From Pseudogymnoascus verrucosus (taxonomy: Eukaryota), in assembly GCA_001662655.1 (NCBI GenBank), contig KV460251.1: DNA of 64,000 nt, one strand, 5' to 3'. The position numbers and the translations under genes are program-made. The notes beneath the pieces are model-generated. The model saw only the letters and a program-made list of their open reading frames with translations. It was not told where the DNA came from and did no database searches. How positions within the stretch are numbered: position 1 is the stretch's first letter; each line of letters starts with the position of its first letter. Positions 17,356 to 28,872 of this stretch are shown here, one piece after another.

Positions 17356-18903
17356 ATGATATTAGAGGAGCAGAGGTTCCTCCATGAGGACCTCGAGAGG
17401 CTGGAACAGGGCATCGCAGATAGAGTAGCAGATGAACCACGACATGTTAGTTCCAACCTAATACCAGATCATGAGCCATACTAATAACTTACATAGGTCC
17501 GCGAGCGTTTAAACAGAGATCACCAAGTCGCAGGCTTCCTAGACCGCATACAAGACCAGTCGAAACGGTTAATAGACATCTACAAAGATGCCGACAGCGC
17601 AAGGAGTAAAGAGATCCAGAACATCTCTACCGGCGACCCACTGGCCGAATTCTACAAGCAAATCTCCGACATCAAATCCTTCCATAGCCGCTACCCCAAT
17701 GAGCCCGTCGAGAACCTGGAGCGCGCATACAAGAAGAAGACGCCCCAAGAAGGCGAGCAGGTCGTTTCGGAGATCGACAACATGTTCACGGGCGAAGAAG
17801 CCTACGGCCGCTTCCTCGACCTCACCGCCCTCCACGAGCTCTACGTCAACCTCCCCGGCATCAAGCGCCCCTCCTACCTCCAATACCTCGACATCTTCGA
17901 CATCTTCGCGCCCCCCGTATGCGCCATCAAGCGCCCCGACAAAATGACCGACCAGTACTTCACCTACGTCGGCCAGCTCGCCACATACCTCGAGTCCTTC
18001 ATGCGCCGCACGCGCCCTCTCGAGAACATCGACTCCCTCTTCGAGACCTGGGACGCCGACTTCGACAAGTCCTGGACCGAAAACACAATCCCCGGCTGGA
18101 CGGTCGACACAGCCCCCTCAGACCCAACCTCCACAACCGGCGTCTTCTGCCAGGACTGCGAGAAGGAATTCTCGAACCCAAACGTCTACAAGGCGCATTT
18201 GACAGGCAAAAAGCATCTCCGCGCAGCCGACCAACGCGCCGCGCGCCTCGCAGACTCCTCCGCCCCAGCTGAGACCACCAACGGCGGCGCACGCCCCGCA
18301 TCCACACTCCGCCTGAAGGAACGCGCCATCGCCGAGCGCGAGAACCGTGTCCGCCGCCTCGCAGGTGCCATGACGCAGGAGCGCGGCGACACCCGCGTCA
18401 ACGTCGAGCGCAGACAGGGTATGACGGAGCGTGAGCGCCAGCTGGAGCTCGAGGCTCTCTTCGCTGACACGGAAGTCGGGCCTACTATGGACGATGCGTC
18501 GGATTCGGACTCTGATGGCGAGGAGAAGGTGTATAACCCCCTCAAGCTCCCGCTGGCGTGGGACGGAAAGCCGATTCCCTTCTGGCTGTACAAGCTGCAC
18601 GGGCTAGGTGTGGAGTTCCCGTGCGAGATCTGCGGGAACTTTGTGTATATGGGACGGAGGGCGTTTGATAAGCACTTTAACGAAGCGCGTCATATTCATG
18701 GGCTAAAGTGTTTGGGGATCTCGAATACGAGTTTGTTCAGGGAGATTACGGGGATTGAGGATGCGTTGAAGTTGTGGGATAAGATTCAGAGGGAGAAGAA
18801 GAAGGAGGAGAGTGGGAGGGATGTGGTGCAGATGGAGGATGCAGAGGGGAATGTTATGCCCGAGAAGGTGTATTATGACTTGCAGAAGCAGGGGCTGTTG
18901 TAA
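17356..18903 (+). CDS. PRP9: U2 snRNP splicing factor SF3a60 / Prp9 / Sap61
   Basis: MILEEQRFLHEDLERLEQ, FTGEEAYGRFLDL, YNPLKLPLAWDGKPIPFWLYKLHGL, CEICGN zinc finger, DLQKQGLL*. Intron 17446-17496. Confidence 0.96.
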
Positions 18904-20249
18904 AAGGGGGTGGTTGTGCTGCATGCTATGGGCGTTTGGGGAAGGGACCAGCTTTGGGAAGCTGCGTTGTGTTACGTATTAGGGGGACTATGTATCCAAT
19001 ATAGCGGATTTATTCTATGAGAAATCAAAGAATCACTCAAAAAATTGCCAGTGTCCTCTCTGTTGATCCTGGTGCATTGGACGGCAATAAGCACGACGTG
19101 TATTGATGATATGACAAAAAAACGAGGCAAAAACGTGGGTAGGATCATATCACGACCTTGACCCAACCGGTAGATAGACATTGAAAGGCAGTTGAGAAAA
19201 ACTTCCCTGGCACTTTAAATTGGGGGCTGTATTGGAGTTGGAGTAAGGAAGTCCTTTTGAATATGCCACTCCATCACTAACATTTACAAAGTGAACGCAA
19301 CTGGCGCAGAGACACCAGCTGTAACAGCGTCACCAAGTGAATCTGCTACTGCGTGTGTTGAGACACAGTACGACATGCTGAATGGAAAGAAAGTTCCTGT
19401 CTTCTGCCCTGTTCGTGGAACGATGGAGATGATAGGTAACAAGAATCAGTCGACAGTAAGAGAAGCAGTTGGCAGCAACAAGAAGTCGACAGCAGAAAAT
19501 AGCCTGTGGAGGGATTGGGAGAAGCATCGACTCCAGAGTCTGACCATATCGGCCTTTGTATAGCCGCTGTGAGAACTTCTCTGTCAAACCTTGGCCCATC
19601 CGGGTGTAACAGAACTGTCCTAGGGATGATACAAAATCGGTCTGGTATTAATTTCTTCCGCATTTATAGTAACTGAGCAAATACACAGCGCTCCTATAGT
19701 CAGTGAAGCAGGCTGTAGTCTCGAGGCGTAGGGTTTCACGTCCGAATAAGTAGCCATGCTCACAACGTCTGGTCCAGCTCGTTCCGACGAGAGACTGAGA
19801 CGTTCGCGTCCCGGGTGATACATTCGCAGCAGACATGCTACGTTGCACGCCCGGTCGCGCTGTCCGAGCATGAGGAGGCAAGCGCGCTTGTCCGGAGGGG
19901 ATTTCGGAGGAGTTTTGCAGGACGTTGTCGACGGATATGTAACGCGTTGGCATGCGGGAGCGGGCGTTACTTGGCGAGCTCCCAGGACGTGCGGGTTGGC
20001 GGGACAAAATGAGATTAGAGATCAAAATAAGAAGCCAGCCATTCGGTAAAAGTAGTATTCAGAACGGGTGGTACTCTATGTAACATCCAGCCCGTAGCCT
20101 GTATGTACAAAATATGGCATCCTATGCTCAAATGCCATTATAATATCAAGAACCCCATTCTCTTAAACTCCAAACGCCCGCCCGTATGATATATTTTTTG
20201 TGCTCGCGGTGCTAGCTGGATTTCACCAGCCGCCGGGCCAATTATGCGT

Positions 20250-20789
20250 TCATTCCAGGCTGGTCAACCTGTCCATGTCTCGCTCCCTCTCGATTTCTTC
20301 CGGGCTGTCGCGGATCTCGATACCGGGGCCGATGGCTCTTGCATTCCGCGAGCTAGGGAAAACCTAGGTCATGTTAGTATACCTCTCGCGCGTGGTAGTT
20401 GAAGTAGCTATTTATGTGGTTGAGCCAGTCCAGGGAGCTGCAATGATCATCCCCGTAGCCAACTCCCTGCTTACAAACTGGCCGCCACGCATAAATATAA
20501 AATATAAACATACCTTCGTTCCGCCCCATCCCAGCCTGAAAGCCGCCTCGTGCGCAAACAGCTCCCCAAACCCGAGCATGAGCCCGTTGATGAATGGCAA
20601 GAACAGGTTGATTGCCGCGCCCCTTGCCAAGCTCCAGAACGTAGGCGGCGAGTATAGAATCAGCGGAGAGCTGGATGTTGAGGGCGGCGATGGGGACATC
20701 GAGAGGTCGTCTGGGCCAGAGTTGGAGTATTGCTCGCTGTCGGATCGGATGGTGATGCCGGAATCGGCGAGGGGGTTTTGGTCAGCCAT
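20250..20789 (-). CDS. MIM1: Mitochondrial outer membrane import protein Mim1 (Tom13)
   Basis: AAINLFLPFINGLMLGFGELFAHE.AFRLGW signature; intron 20364-20513; second exon VFPSSRNARAIGPGIEI..LE*. Confidence 0.92.
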
Positions 20790-21209
20790 GTCGAGATGGA
20801 TGGGGGACGCGAAAATGGAAGAGAGGAGCTTTCGCGGATAGCGTATGTGAAAGCTCAAGCTTTTGCTCTGGCAGTGGTGAAGAGTAGAATTGGCAATTGG
20901 GTTGAAAGCTATCAAAACAGAGCTATCATGGTCGTTGCTATAAACGCGGGTTAACCTGTTCGGCTGTCTTGGCCTAAGATCCGAGGCGGGACGTGCTATC
21001 GATAAAGCTAGCGTCGTGACGTGCCGCCCAAGCTGCCTTGCAAGTTGGAACGTTTGATAATCAGGTCCCAGGAAATTCAATCTTTCAACATAACACATTT
21101 CACACTAACAAATCCTGGTCTACTGCTTCATTCAACAACGAAACTTGGCATCTATCAGTGATAACTGCAACGTAACACAACAGCCTTTTCAACCCCTACC
21201 ACCGTCATC

Positions 21210-22568
21210 ATGGCGGATAACCCCACCGACAAAAACGCCCTCATCGCCCAGTTCTCGGGCATCACTGGCGCTGACCCGCAGGAGGTGCGTCTCAACCTCA
21301 CCCCAATCTCACCTCTTTTTCCCTTCCACTAACACGTCCCAGGCGGAGCAGTTCCTAATCTCCAGCGACTGGGATCTTGATGACGCTGCGGCAACATTCT
21401 ACGCCTCGCAAGAAGATGCCCCTGCCGAAGCCGAAGGTGGCGCCCCCGCGCCGGAAGAATACACCGGCCCACGAACACTCGACGGCCGTCCTGCGCCCGA
21501 ATCCAGAACCCCAACAGTAGCATCCAGCTCGCGCCCACCCCGCCGAGCTCCCCGCTCCGGAATCGCGACGCTAGGCTCCATTGCCAGTGACTCCGCCCAG
21601 CACGGCCACGACGATGACGACTCCGACGACCCAGACTTCCACGACGACGAGCAGCCGCGCGATCTCTTTGCTGGCGGCGAGAAATCCGGCCTTGCGGTCC
21701 AAGATCCCCGCCGCAATGACCCCCGCAACCTCGTCGACGAGATTATCAAGAAGGCTAAATCGTACGTCCCCCCACTACCCCTCACCCCCACCTTCAGCAA
21801 GCTCCCGAGCCCAGCTAACTCCCCTCCAGACAAGCATCCCGCGCCGAGAGCGACCCCGCCCCAGCACCTCCATCGCGCTTTCACGGCTCTGGCATAACCC
21901 TCGGGGACTCCACGACGCCCTCTACCGTCCTCCCCTCCGCCACCCCTGCCGCCGCCCCCGCCACCCCACAGCGCCGCATCCTGCATCTCTGGAACGACGG
22001 GTTCAGCATCGAAGACGGGCCCCTCCACCGCTTCGACGACCCCCAGAACGCCGCCGACCTCGCCGTCATCGAATCTGGCCGCGCGCCTATCCACCTCATG
22101 AACGTGGCATATGACCAGCCAGTAGATGTCCAGCTCAACAGGCACGAGGAAGACTATAAGAAGCCAAAGACCGTATACAAGCCTTTCTCGGGTGGAGGAC
22201 AGCGTCTCGGGTCGCCTGTGCCAGGTGCAGAAACCTCTACTGCATCTACGTCCATCCAAACCTCTGCTGGTCCGTCAAGCGCACAACCCGCCTCGCAGGC
22301 CCCGCAGGTCGAGGTCAACCCCGCACTCCCGACGCTCTCCCTCCGCATCCAGCTCGCGGACGGTACGCGCCTTCCCGCGCGCTTCAACACTACGCACAGC
22401 ATTGGGGATGTGTATGATTTTATCGCCAGGGCGAGCCCGGATAGCAGTACGCGCGCGTGGGTGGTCGCGACGACGTTCCCAAGTAAGGATCACACGGACA
22501 AGAGCGCAGTGTTGGGAGAGTTGGAGGAGTTTAAGAGAGGGGGGGTTGCAGTGCAGAAGTGGGTATAG
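21210..22568 (+). CDS. SHP1: Cdc48/p97 adaptor Shp1/p47 (UBA-like, SEP and UBX domains)
   Basis: AEQFL.SSDWDLDDAAA.FY, DLFAGGEKSGLAVQDP, LHLWNDGFSIEDGPL.RFDDP, PFSGGGQRLGSP, IQLADGTRL.ARFNTTH, TTFPSK. Two introns. Confidence 0.94.
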
Positions 22569-24249
22569 TGGGTGTGAGGGGATGTGAGAAAGGGGTTGTG
22601 CAAAGGAGCTTATGTGGCGTTTGGGAGGTAGACGGGGATGCTTTGAGATTTTTAGATGATTGCATGGATTATGAATTACTTTGAGCATATACCCTGTTTC
22701 CTCTTCGATGAGTAGTACTCTATTCCGTGACTCCTATCTTCATCCACCCCCCCCCCCATGACAAAAGATGCCAGAAACTGCACTATATTGGTATACCATA
22801 TTCCCTGTATCCAGTATGCCGAATCTAATAGTCAACCCTCGCCCAACGTAAAATTAAAAACGACGACGGAGAGTGAGACGGCAACTGGAAATAGGAAGCA
22901 ACAGTAGTGTAGTCAGGCGATTATTAGTCAACACTAGTCAATCTCAACAACAACCAAACCTCACACCACGCAAAGTAACAACACCAGCACTATGGCAGGA
23001 AAGGTTAAGCAAGTCGAATTCTCCTCTGCGGCCACAATTACTATATACCACCAGCCGGAAGTAGATAACTAGGACTTGAGATACTTTAGATAATTTGCAT
23101 GGATTACAATTCTTTCTCAGTGTCTATTCTGTTTCATCTTCATTATGTATCATATTCTAACTCTATCGCTATGACGGCTTCCACCCCTCTATATCTGTAT
23201 TTTAGGGGACCGACGAGATAGATGTATAAGCAGAGGTCCCAACTGTCCTCCCCACACCATGGAGCGTCTAGTCATGAAAGTAATATGTCCCTTCACTCTA
23301 CCACACCACCTCCCCGTCATCTCCCCCCTTAGTTAAGATGCTTATAACAGTTGCATCACTGGCAGTGTTATCAAACATATGGGGTGATTTACCAACGCGC
23401 TCATAAATTTGCCTATGGGCACGGCATTTTCGGCCCAAATGGTCACAAGGTGGGAAATTAATATATGATTGTATTTTTTCATGCTAGATTATGATTTCTT
23501 TATTAGGACGGGACACTGGCGATGCCACGCCCTTGTTAGTGGGGTTATACCCGTCGAGAACCACGGGGCCGGAGTAAAGATGAGAGGCGCTGATCAGAGG
23601 GTAGAGCTGGTAGGGACAGTACGATGCTGTTTAGGGGACGTGGAGACTGGTGACGGTTAGACAGGGGTGAGAAACTGGCGACGGAAGAAGGGGTATGGGA
23701 GACTAGCGTCACGGGGGTATGATGATAGAGACCAACGCAAAAGAGAAAGTCTTCGACGTTTCTGGCCGTGAAGATGTGCCACCGAGATTGATCACCCTCC
23801 ATCTCCTCCTCTACATACATACGTCAACATCGGCACCTAAGTGACTGCGTGCAAGTGAGATAGTCCGCGGAAACTCAGACACGGGAAATGCAGCTTTGGG
23901 TCCTGTAACTTATAGTAGAGCGATAGGGAGCCTCAGCTTCACCATACTATATATAGAACTTTAACTCGACCTCGATTACCGGTATGACTTGCCCCAACTT
24001 TGTTTTTACAGTGTGTGTTACATTCAATCAGTCGCAACGGAAGATCAATGCGAAGCCTACCAATTACTTGCTTGACGGCAGTTCTCCAGTGGACCTCATC
24101 AATTTCAACATTGCGAACAAAATGGATTCGCACACACAAAGTCCATTAATGGCAGAATACCGAGTCTCCGCTCTGTCACAATATGCGATCTTGCTATGCA
24201 TGTCCCTGTGGTAGGCTTTTTAGAGGCAGGGGGGTGCTTGTGACGAAAA

Positions 24250-25020
24250 AGGGAGGCGACGACAGGAATCTACTGACAACAACATGACCTCAACAGCGAG
24301 AACCCCTTTCAGCTCGAACCCCGACAGCACAACCACCACAAGCCACCCACTTCCCTCCCCAACTACATCAAACCCGCTCATCCCCCCAGCTGATTTATGC
24401 CCCAAAGAAATTATGGTAGGTTTTTCCGTTTTGCGTTGGGCTGTGCTGTGCTCCGTGAGTGCTGAGGATGCTATATATACGTGTACACCGTCGCTAAGCT
24501 CGCGGGGGAAATGCTAGAAAGTGGGGAGATGAGGAAGGGAGGAGTAATGCGGGATGAGATGGTCGAATAGGAGCAGATAACGTGAGAAAGAAGACAAAAA
24601 GGGGGTTATTTCAGCATTTTAACTAACCTTCATAGACCACACTCCCTCATCCGCTCCGTCCCATCCATCCATACTTGCCTTCTCTCCCTTCTCCCCTCTC
24701 CATATCAACCTTATCAAACTCCACCCATCCCCCACATATCCCCCGCACATATGAAACCGTGCATCAAGTGTTTCTATATAATCCAGCGGTGCGCCCCGTC
24801 GTCTACAGATCTCAACTTCGCAATGCCAGTTGATCTCCCAAAACTAGGCCTCCAGAGGCCATCTGTGTGGGGTGCGCACACCTAGCTACCAGCGTCGTTA
24901 TCGGTGGAACGCGGTTCCTCTAAAGTGGCAGCCGGGAGAAGCGCTAGAGAGGCGCTGATGACAGCGAGAAAGCAATGACAGCAGACTTCCTCGACGGTGA
25001 GAAGCCCCCGACAGCACCTC
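24250..25020 (-). repeat. Two inverted-orientation clusters of the YTGTC/GACAR motif
   Basis: GACGACAGG..TGACAACAAC..CGACAGCAC at ~24258-24330 and GATGACAGC..ATGACAGCA..CGACAGCAC at ~24957-25017. These resemble the reverse complement of the arrays at 26.0-28.2 kb. Confidence 0.45.
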
Positions 25021-25305
25021 CCACCTCACACTTCACCTACCACACCCTATCCACGACACAGAAACCGCGCACCCACTCAACTCACTCTCCAACACCGACC
25101 ACTCCTCCATCTCCTTGTTCCACTCCTTTATCTTCTCCTTCTCCTTTTCCAACCCACCGGCCGAGCTTCGCACACTATATAGATAGTTGCTTAATCCATG
25201 TTCAATGTTTCTTGTCGAGCTATGCTACGTGCTGCTTGGTGGGGCGCTTTATAGTCGTCTGGTCTGGTGTTTACTTTTACTAAGGGAGGTGGTCGAAGTC
25301 AGGAG

Positions 25306-25576
25306 ATGGGGATGGGGATGGGGAGGGGGATGGGGGATGGGGGATGGGGGATGGGGGATGGGGGATGGGGGATGGGAGGGAAGGGGGAGGGGAGGGAGGG
25401 TGGGAGGGAAGAGAGAGTGGTAATGGTGGAACGGGGGAAGAGAGTAAGGAAAGTGGGGGAGATAGGGGAGGGAGGGAGGGAGTAAGGGTAGGGAGGGGGG
25501 GAGGGGGGAGTAATGGGGGAACGGGGAAAGAGAGAAAGGGGAGTTGGGAAAAAACGGGGGGGGGGGGGGGGGGGGG
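25306..25576 (+). repeat. G-rich purine tract with GGGAT-type microsatellite and poly-G (G-quadruplex potential)
   Basis: Repeated ATGGGG(G) units at 25306-25375, many G3-G7 runs, and a ~21-nt G run ending at 25576. Confidence 0.8.
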
Positions 25577-25579
25577 AAA

Positions 25580-28500
25580 ATAATAAGGGGTAATAAGGGA
25601 TGAGGGGGTTATATTTTTCTTTCCTGGGTTTTAGGGATGGGATGGGGATTCGTGCAGGTGTGTGGGCATGGTGTGGTGTGGCGTGTATATACACCCCCCC
25701 CTTTTTTTACAACTATCCCACAAATTCAACCTACTTATAGCAGTCTTTCCCGATCCCACTTGAATCCCCAGTAAGTGGCCTGAATTGAGGATCGCATGAG
25801 TCGATCACCCTCGACTACAACCATTAGACGGCCTTGTTGCCGCATCCACTGCGCTCATGAGTACTCAACCCATCTAGAGCTCCATTGTTGGAAGTTCGAA
25901 GGACGACTGCGTGGCTGCACGCGGATACAGATGGTTGGAGGACTGGTTGGGGTGGTGCTGCTGTTGGAGGTGGGGAATGCTGTTGTCGCTGGTTGGGGGG
26001 TGCTGTCGTCGTTGGGAGTGCTGCTGTCGTTTGCACACGCTGCTGTTGTCGCTGATCGGGGTGCTGTTGCTGTCATTAGGTGGGGTGCTGTTGTCGTTAC
26101 GAGGTAGTCCTGTTGTCGTCGAGTGCCGCCCTGTCACCATCGCTGTCATCACAGCCCCTCTAACCACCCTCCGTCATCGTCAGCATGATCAGCAGTCTTC
26201 AACACGCCCGCATCTCGTGTGCCGAGCCGTCGGCCTTGCGCTTTTTGTTGTTGGCGTCCTCTGGTTCAAGGTTGTCTCGGCGATCGTGATCTGTTCCCTA
26301 GATATGTATTAGTTGTTCTTCAACATCTCCCGCACAGTCCCTCGTATGGATGATGTTTCTGTCACGGGTCTCTGTGGGTGTTGATGATCAAACACATATG
26401 GTTCATGGTGGAGACTTACATCGTTCGTCGGCACGCACGAGGGTGGTGAGAATGTGACTGTGACTCTCATAACTCGATCCGTTCTGACGATGACGGCTGT
26501 GCGGTGTTGTGGATCTTGCGGTTGTGGTTGTGGTGAGGCCGGGGCTTTAGTGGGGTGAATACCTATTTATGGGGCGGAGGATCTGGGAGAGAGGGAAAGG
26601 GGGGGGGAAGGGGGGAGGGGTGGGCGTGGAGATTCTGCTCTTGAGAAGTGGGGGGTGTAGAGAAGTGGGGGGTAGGGAGTGTGGAAAAGGGGAGAGGGTA
26701 GGAAATGGGGTGAGGGGGTAACCGGCAATGAGGGGATTATATGATGGGGATTTACTTCGGAAAATACAAAAACAAATTCACGCTGGCTTCTTCTTGCGGT
26801 TTCTTGCGCGGGTGTTGGGATGGGATGGGATAGGATCCATGCCTGTGCGTCTATATCAAAAAGCACGGCTCTCCCATCATACAAGTCCAGTCTCCAAACG
26901 CCAGCCTAATAATCTCCATTCAACTACGAAAACGGAATTCTCAAGGTCCTGGTCTTAGCACCACGTGGATAAAAGAAAGTCACACAGAGAGGCCAAAGCA
27001 ACACACAGACAGAACAAAATTCAGCGGGAGGAAGCAGAGAGGAGTTGGCGGCTACGGCTAACTGGACGTAGATGCATCACGAGGACGAGGAGAGGCAGCT
27101 GGCGGCCATCTGCTTGCGCTGCTGCTGCTGTTGGTGTTGCGAAATGCTGTCACTGCTTGGAGTGTTGCTGTCGTTTGACTGGTTACTGTTGTCACCGCTT
27201 GGCTTCCTGATGCTGTCATTTGCCTTCCTGCCGCCGTTAAGTGCCCTGTCACTGCCGTTTCCCTATCGCTGTCATCACCCCCCCTCCCCCACTCTTACAC
27301 ATCCCCAACACGACCATTCTTCAACACCGACATCACACATAGCATCCCGTGTATCAGCACACACTAACAAGCTGGCTAGCTGACTCAGATAACCTTTGTC
27401 TGGCCCTCTATAATTGTTGTCTGATGACGCTTTGGGGCTGGTGGGGTCGGGGGTATGTATGGGAGGGTGTGGGTTTAGGGACCTGAGATGCGAGGGAGGG
27501 GGGAGGGGGAAGGGGGAAATGGCCCAGGGGGGGGGAGCAAGGGGTAATGAGGTGGGTTATATGATAGGGGTTTTTATAAATATACGAATTTTTCACGACA
27601 GTTGCTTGGATTCACAGTTCTTAGGATGGGATGATGGGATTCATGCGAGTTCTGTGATGGGTATATAACCCCCCCTGATACGAGCTGGAGTTTTGGCTGA
27701 AGTACACCACGTATTCATATTCGTAGTAACTGTGTGACAGGGATTTGTGAGCTTGCCATTGCATCGTCTGTCGCTAGAGATTGTTCACCCTTGAACTGCA
27801 CATAAGCATGACGGAGGCTAGATTAGAGCAGAGACATGCTGATATCACCCATATCTAGAACCTGCGAGCAGGACCCAGTTAAAGACTATGCTTTGTGACG
27901 TTCCAGACCAATGAGAGGCGTTCCTCCGACGCATTATTAGGGCTGAACTAAACGAGACAACTGTTGAGGGATTGCGCGATGCCGTCAGTGAGATACGCAC
28001 ACTCAACAACAAAGTCGATGATATGGCCAACGACCCGTTGTCTAATGACACCTGTATGCTTAGAGAAAAGGATGGTCCGGGGGGGGGGGTTCGTGGGCGA
28101 CACGTATAGGTGTGTTGCTGTCGTTGCGAAATGCTGTCACCGCTTGCGCTACAGCTGTCGTTTACCTGTCTGCTCTTGTCACTACTTCCACTGTTGCTGT
28201 CATTAGTAACCCTGCTGTCGTCACCGCAACTGCTTCTCGAAGTGGAAAGAAATGAGCCCATTGCCACTGCTTGCGCTGCTGCTATCACTAGTTCCCCTGT
28301 TGTTGTTGTTGGTGCAAATGGCGTTCTGCGTGAACCGATGTCAGCTCATTGGTCTCCGACGTTCGCGCATTTCATGCGCGGGTTGCAGGCACTTTTATGT
28401 CTTTTTGATCCGAGCTGTGGCGTCTTGCTTGCCCTCCTGGGGAGCATCAACTTATCGTCTTAGGAAATATGGATGGCGTGCAGATGCAATATGAAACGCC

Positions 28501-28860
28501 TGGAAAATTACGCAGAGGGAGGGGCGTCAGCGTCGGTTACCTGCCTGCTGTTATTACCTGGAGATTGGCATGGGAGTTCTGTCTTCGAGGCATGGGAGGT
28601 TGATGGGAGCGCGTTTTGGGGGGGGGGGGGGGGGGGGGGGGGGTGTTGGGCGAGCAGGGGGAATAGGAGGCGGGAATAATGGGAGTTATGAATTATAAGA
28701 TAAGGGGAATAGGGGTTTGGGAATATACGGATTTTTTAAGGCTAATTCTTTGCCTGGATGATACGTTGCGGGATGGGACGTTGAGAGGTAGATCATACAA
28801 AGCTCCTCGTTATACTTTCTCAGCGTAACATTAAGATCGAAGGGAGTTAATGTTTTTTTG
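25580..28860 (+). repeat. Tandem array of four highly diverged ~0.8-1.2 kb units (promoter-like module, variable body, YTGTC motif array)
   Basis: Recurring G-tract > TTATA > GGATGGG module at ~25634, 26817, 27624 and 28770, followed in units 1-3 by GGATYCRTGC > TATA(T/A). YTGTC arrays at 25956-26150, 27121-27275 and 28111-28222. GTTGCGAAATGCTGTCACYGCTTG is shared by units 2 and 3; ATCGCTGTCATCAC...TCTTCAACAC is shared by units 1 and 2. Confidence 0.7.
27888..28109 (+). pseudogene. Short coiled-coil-like ORF remnant inside array unit 3
   Basis: MLCDVPDQ*EAFLRRIIRAELNETTVEGLRDAVSEIRTLNNKVDDMANDPLS..: heptad-like composition with an early in-frame TGA. Confidence 0.35.
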
Positions 28861-28872
28861 TATTTTTGTATA

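Noticed and set aside
25187..25694. G/W/M-rich and P-rich ORFs
   Set aside because: Translations of the GGGAT microsatellite and purine tract.
25956..28222. CRISPR-like repeat-spacer array
   Set aside because: Cores are only 5-9 bp and degenerate, spacers are ~12-15 bp, there are no cas genes, and the context is eukaryotic.
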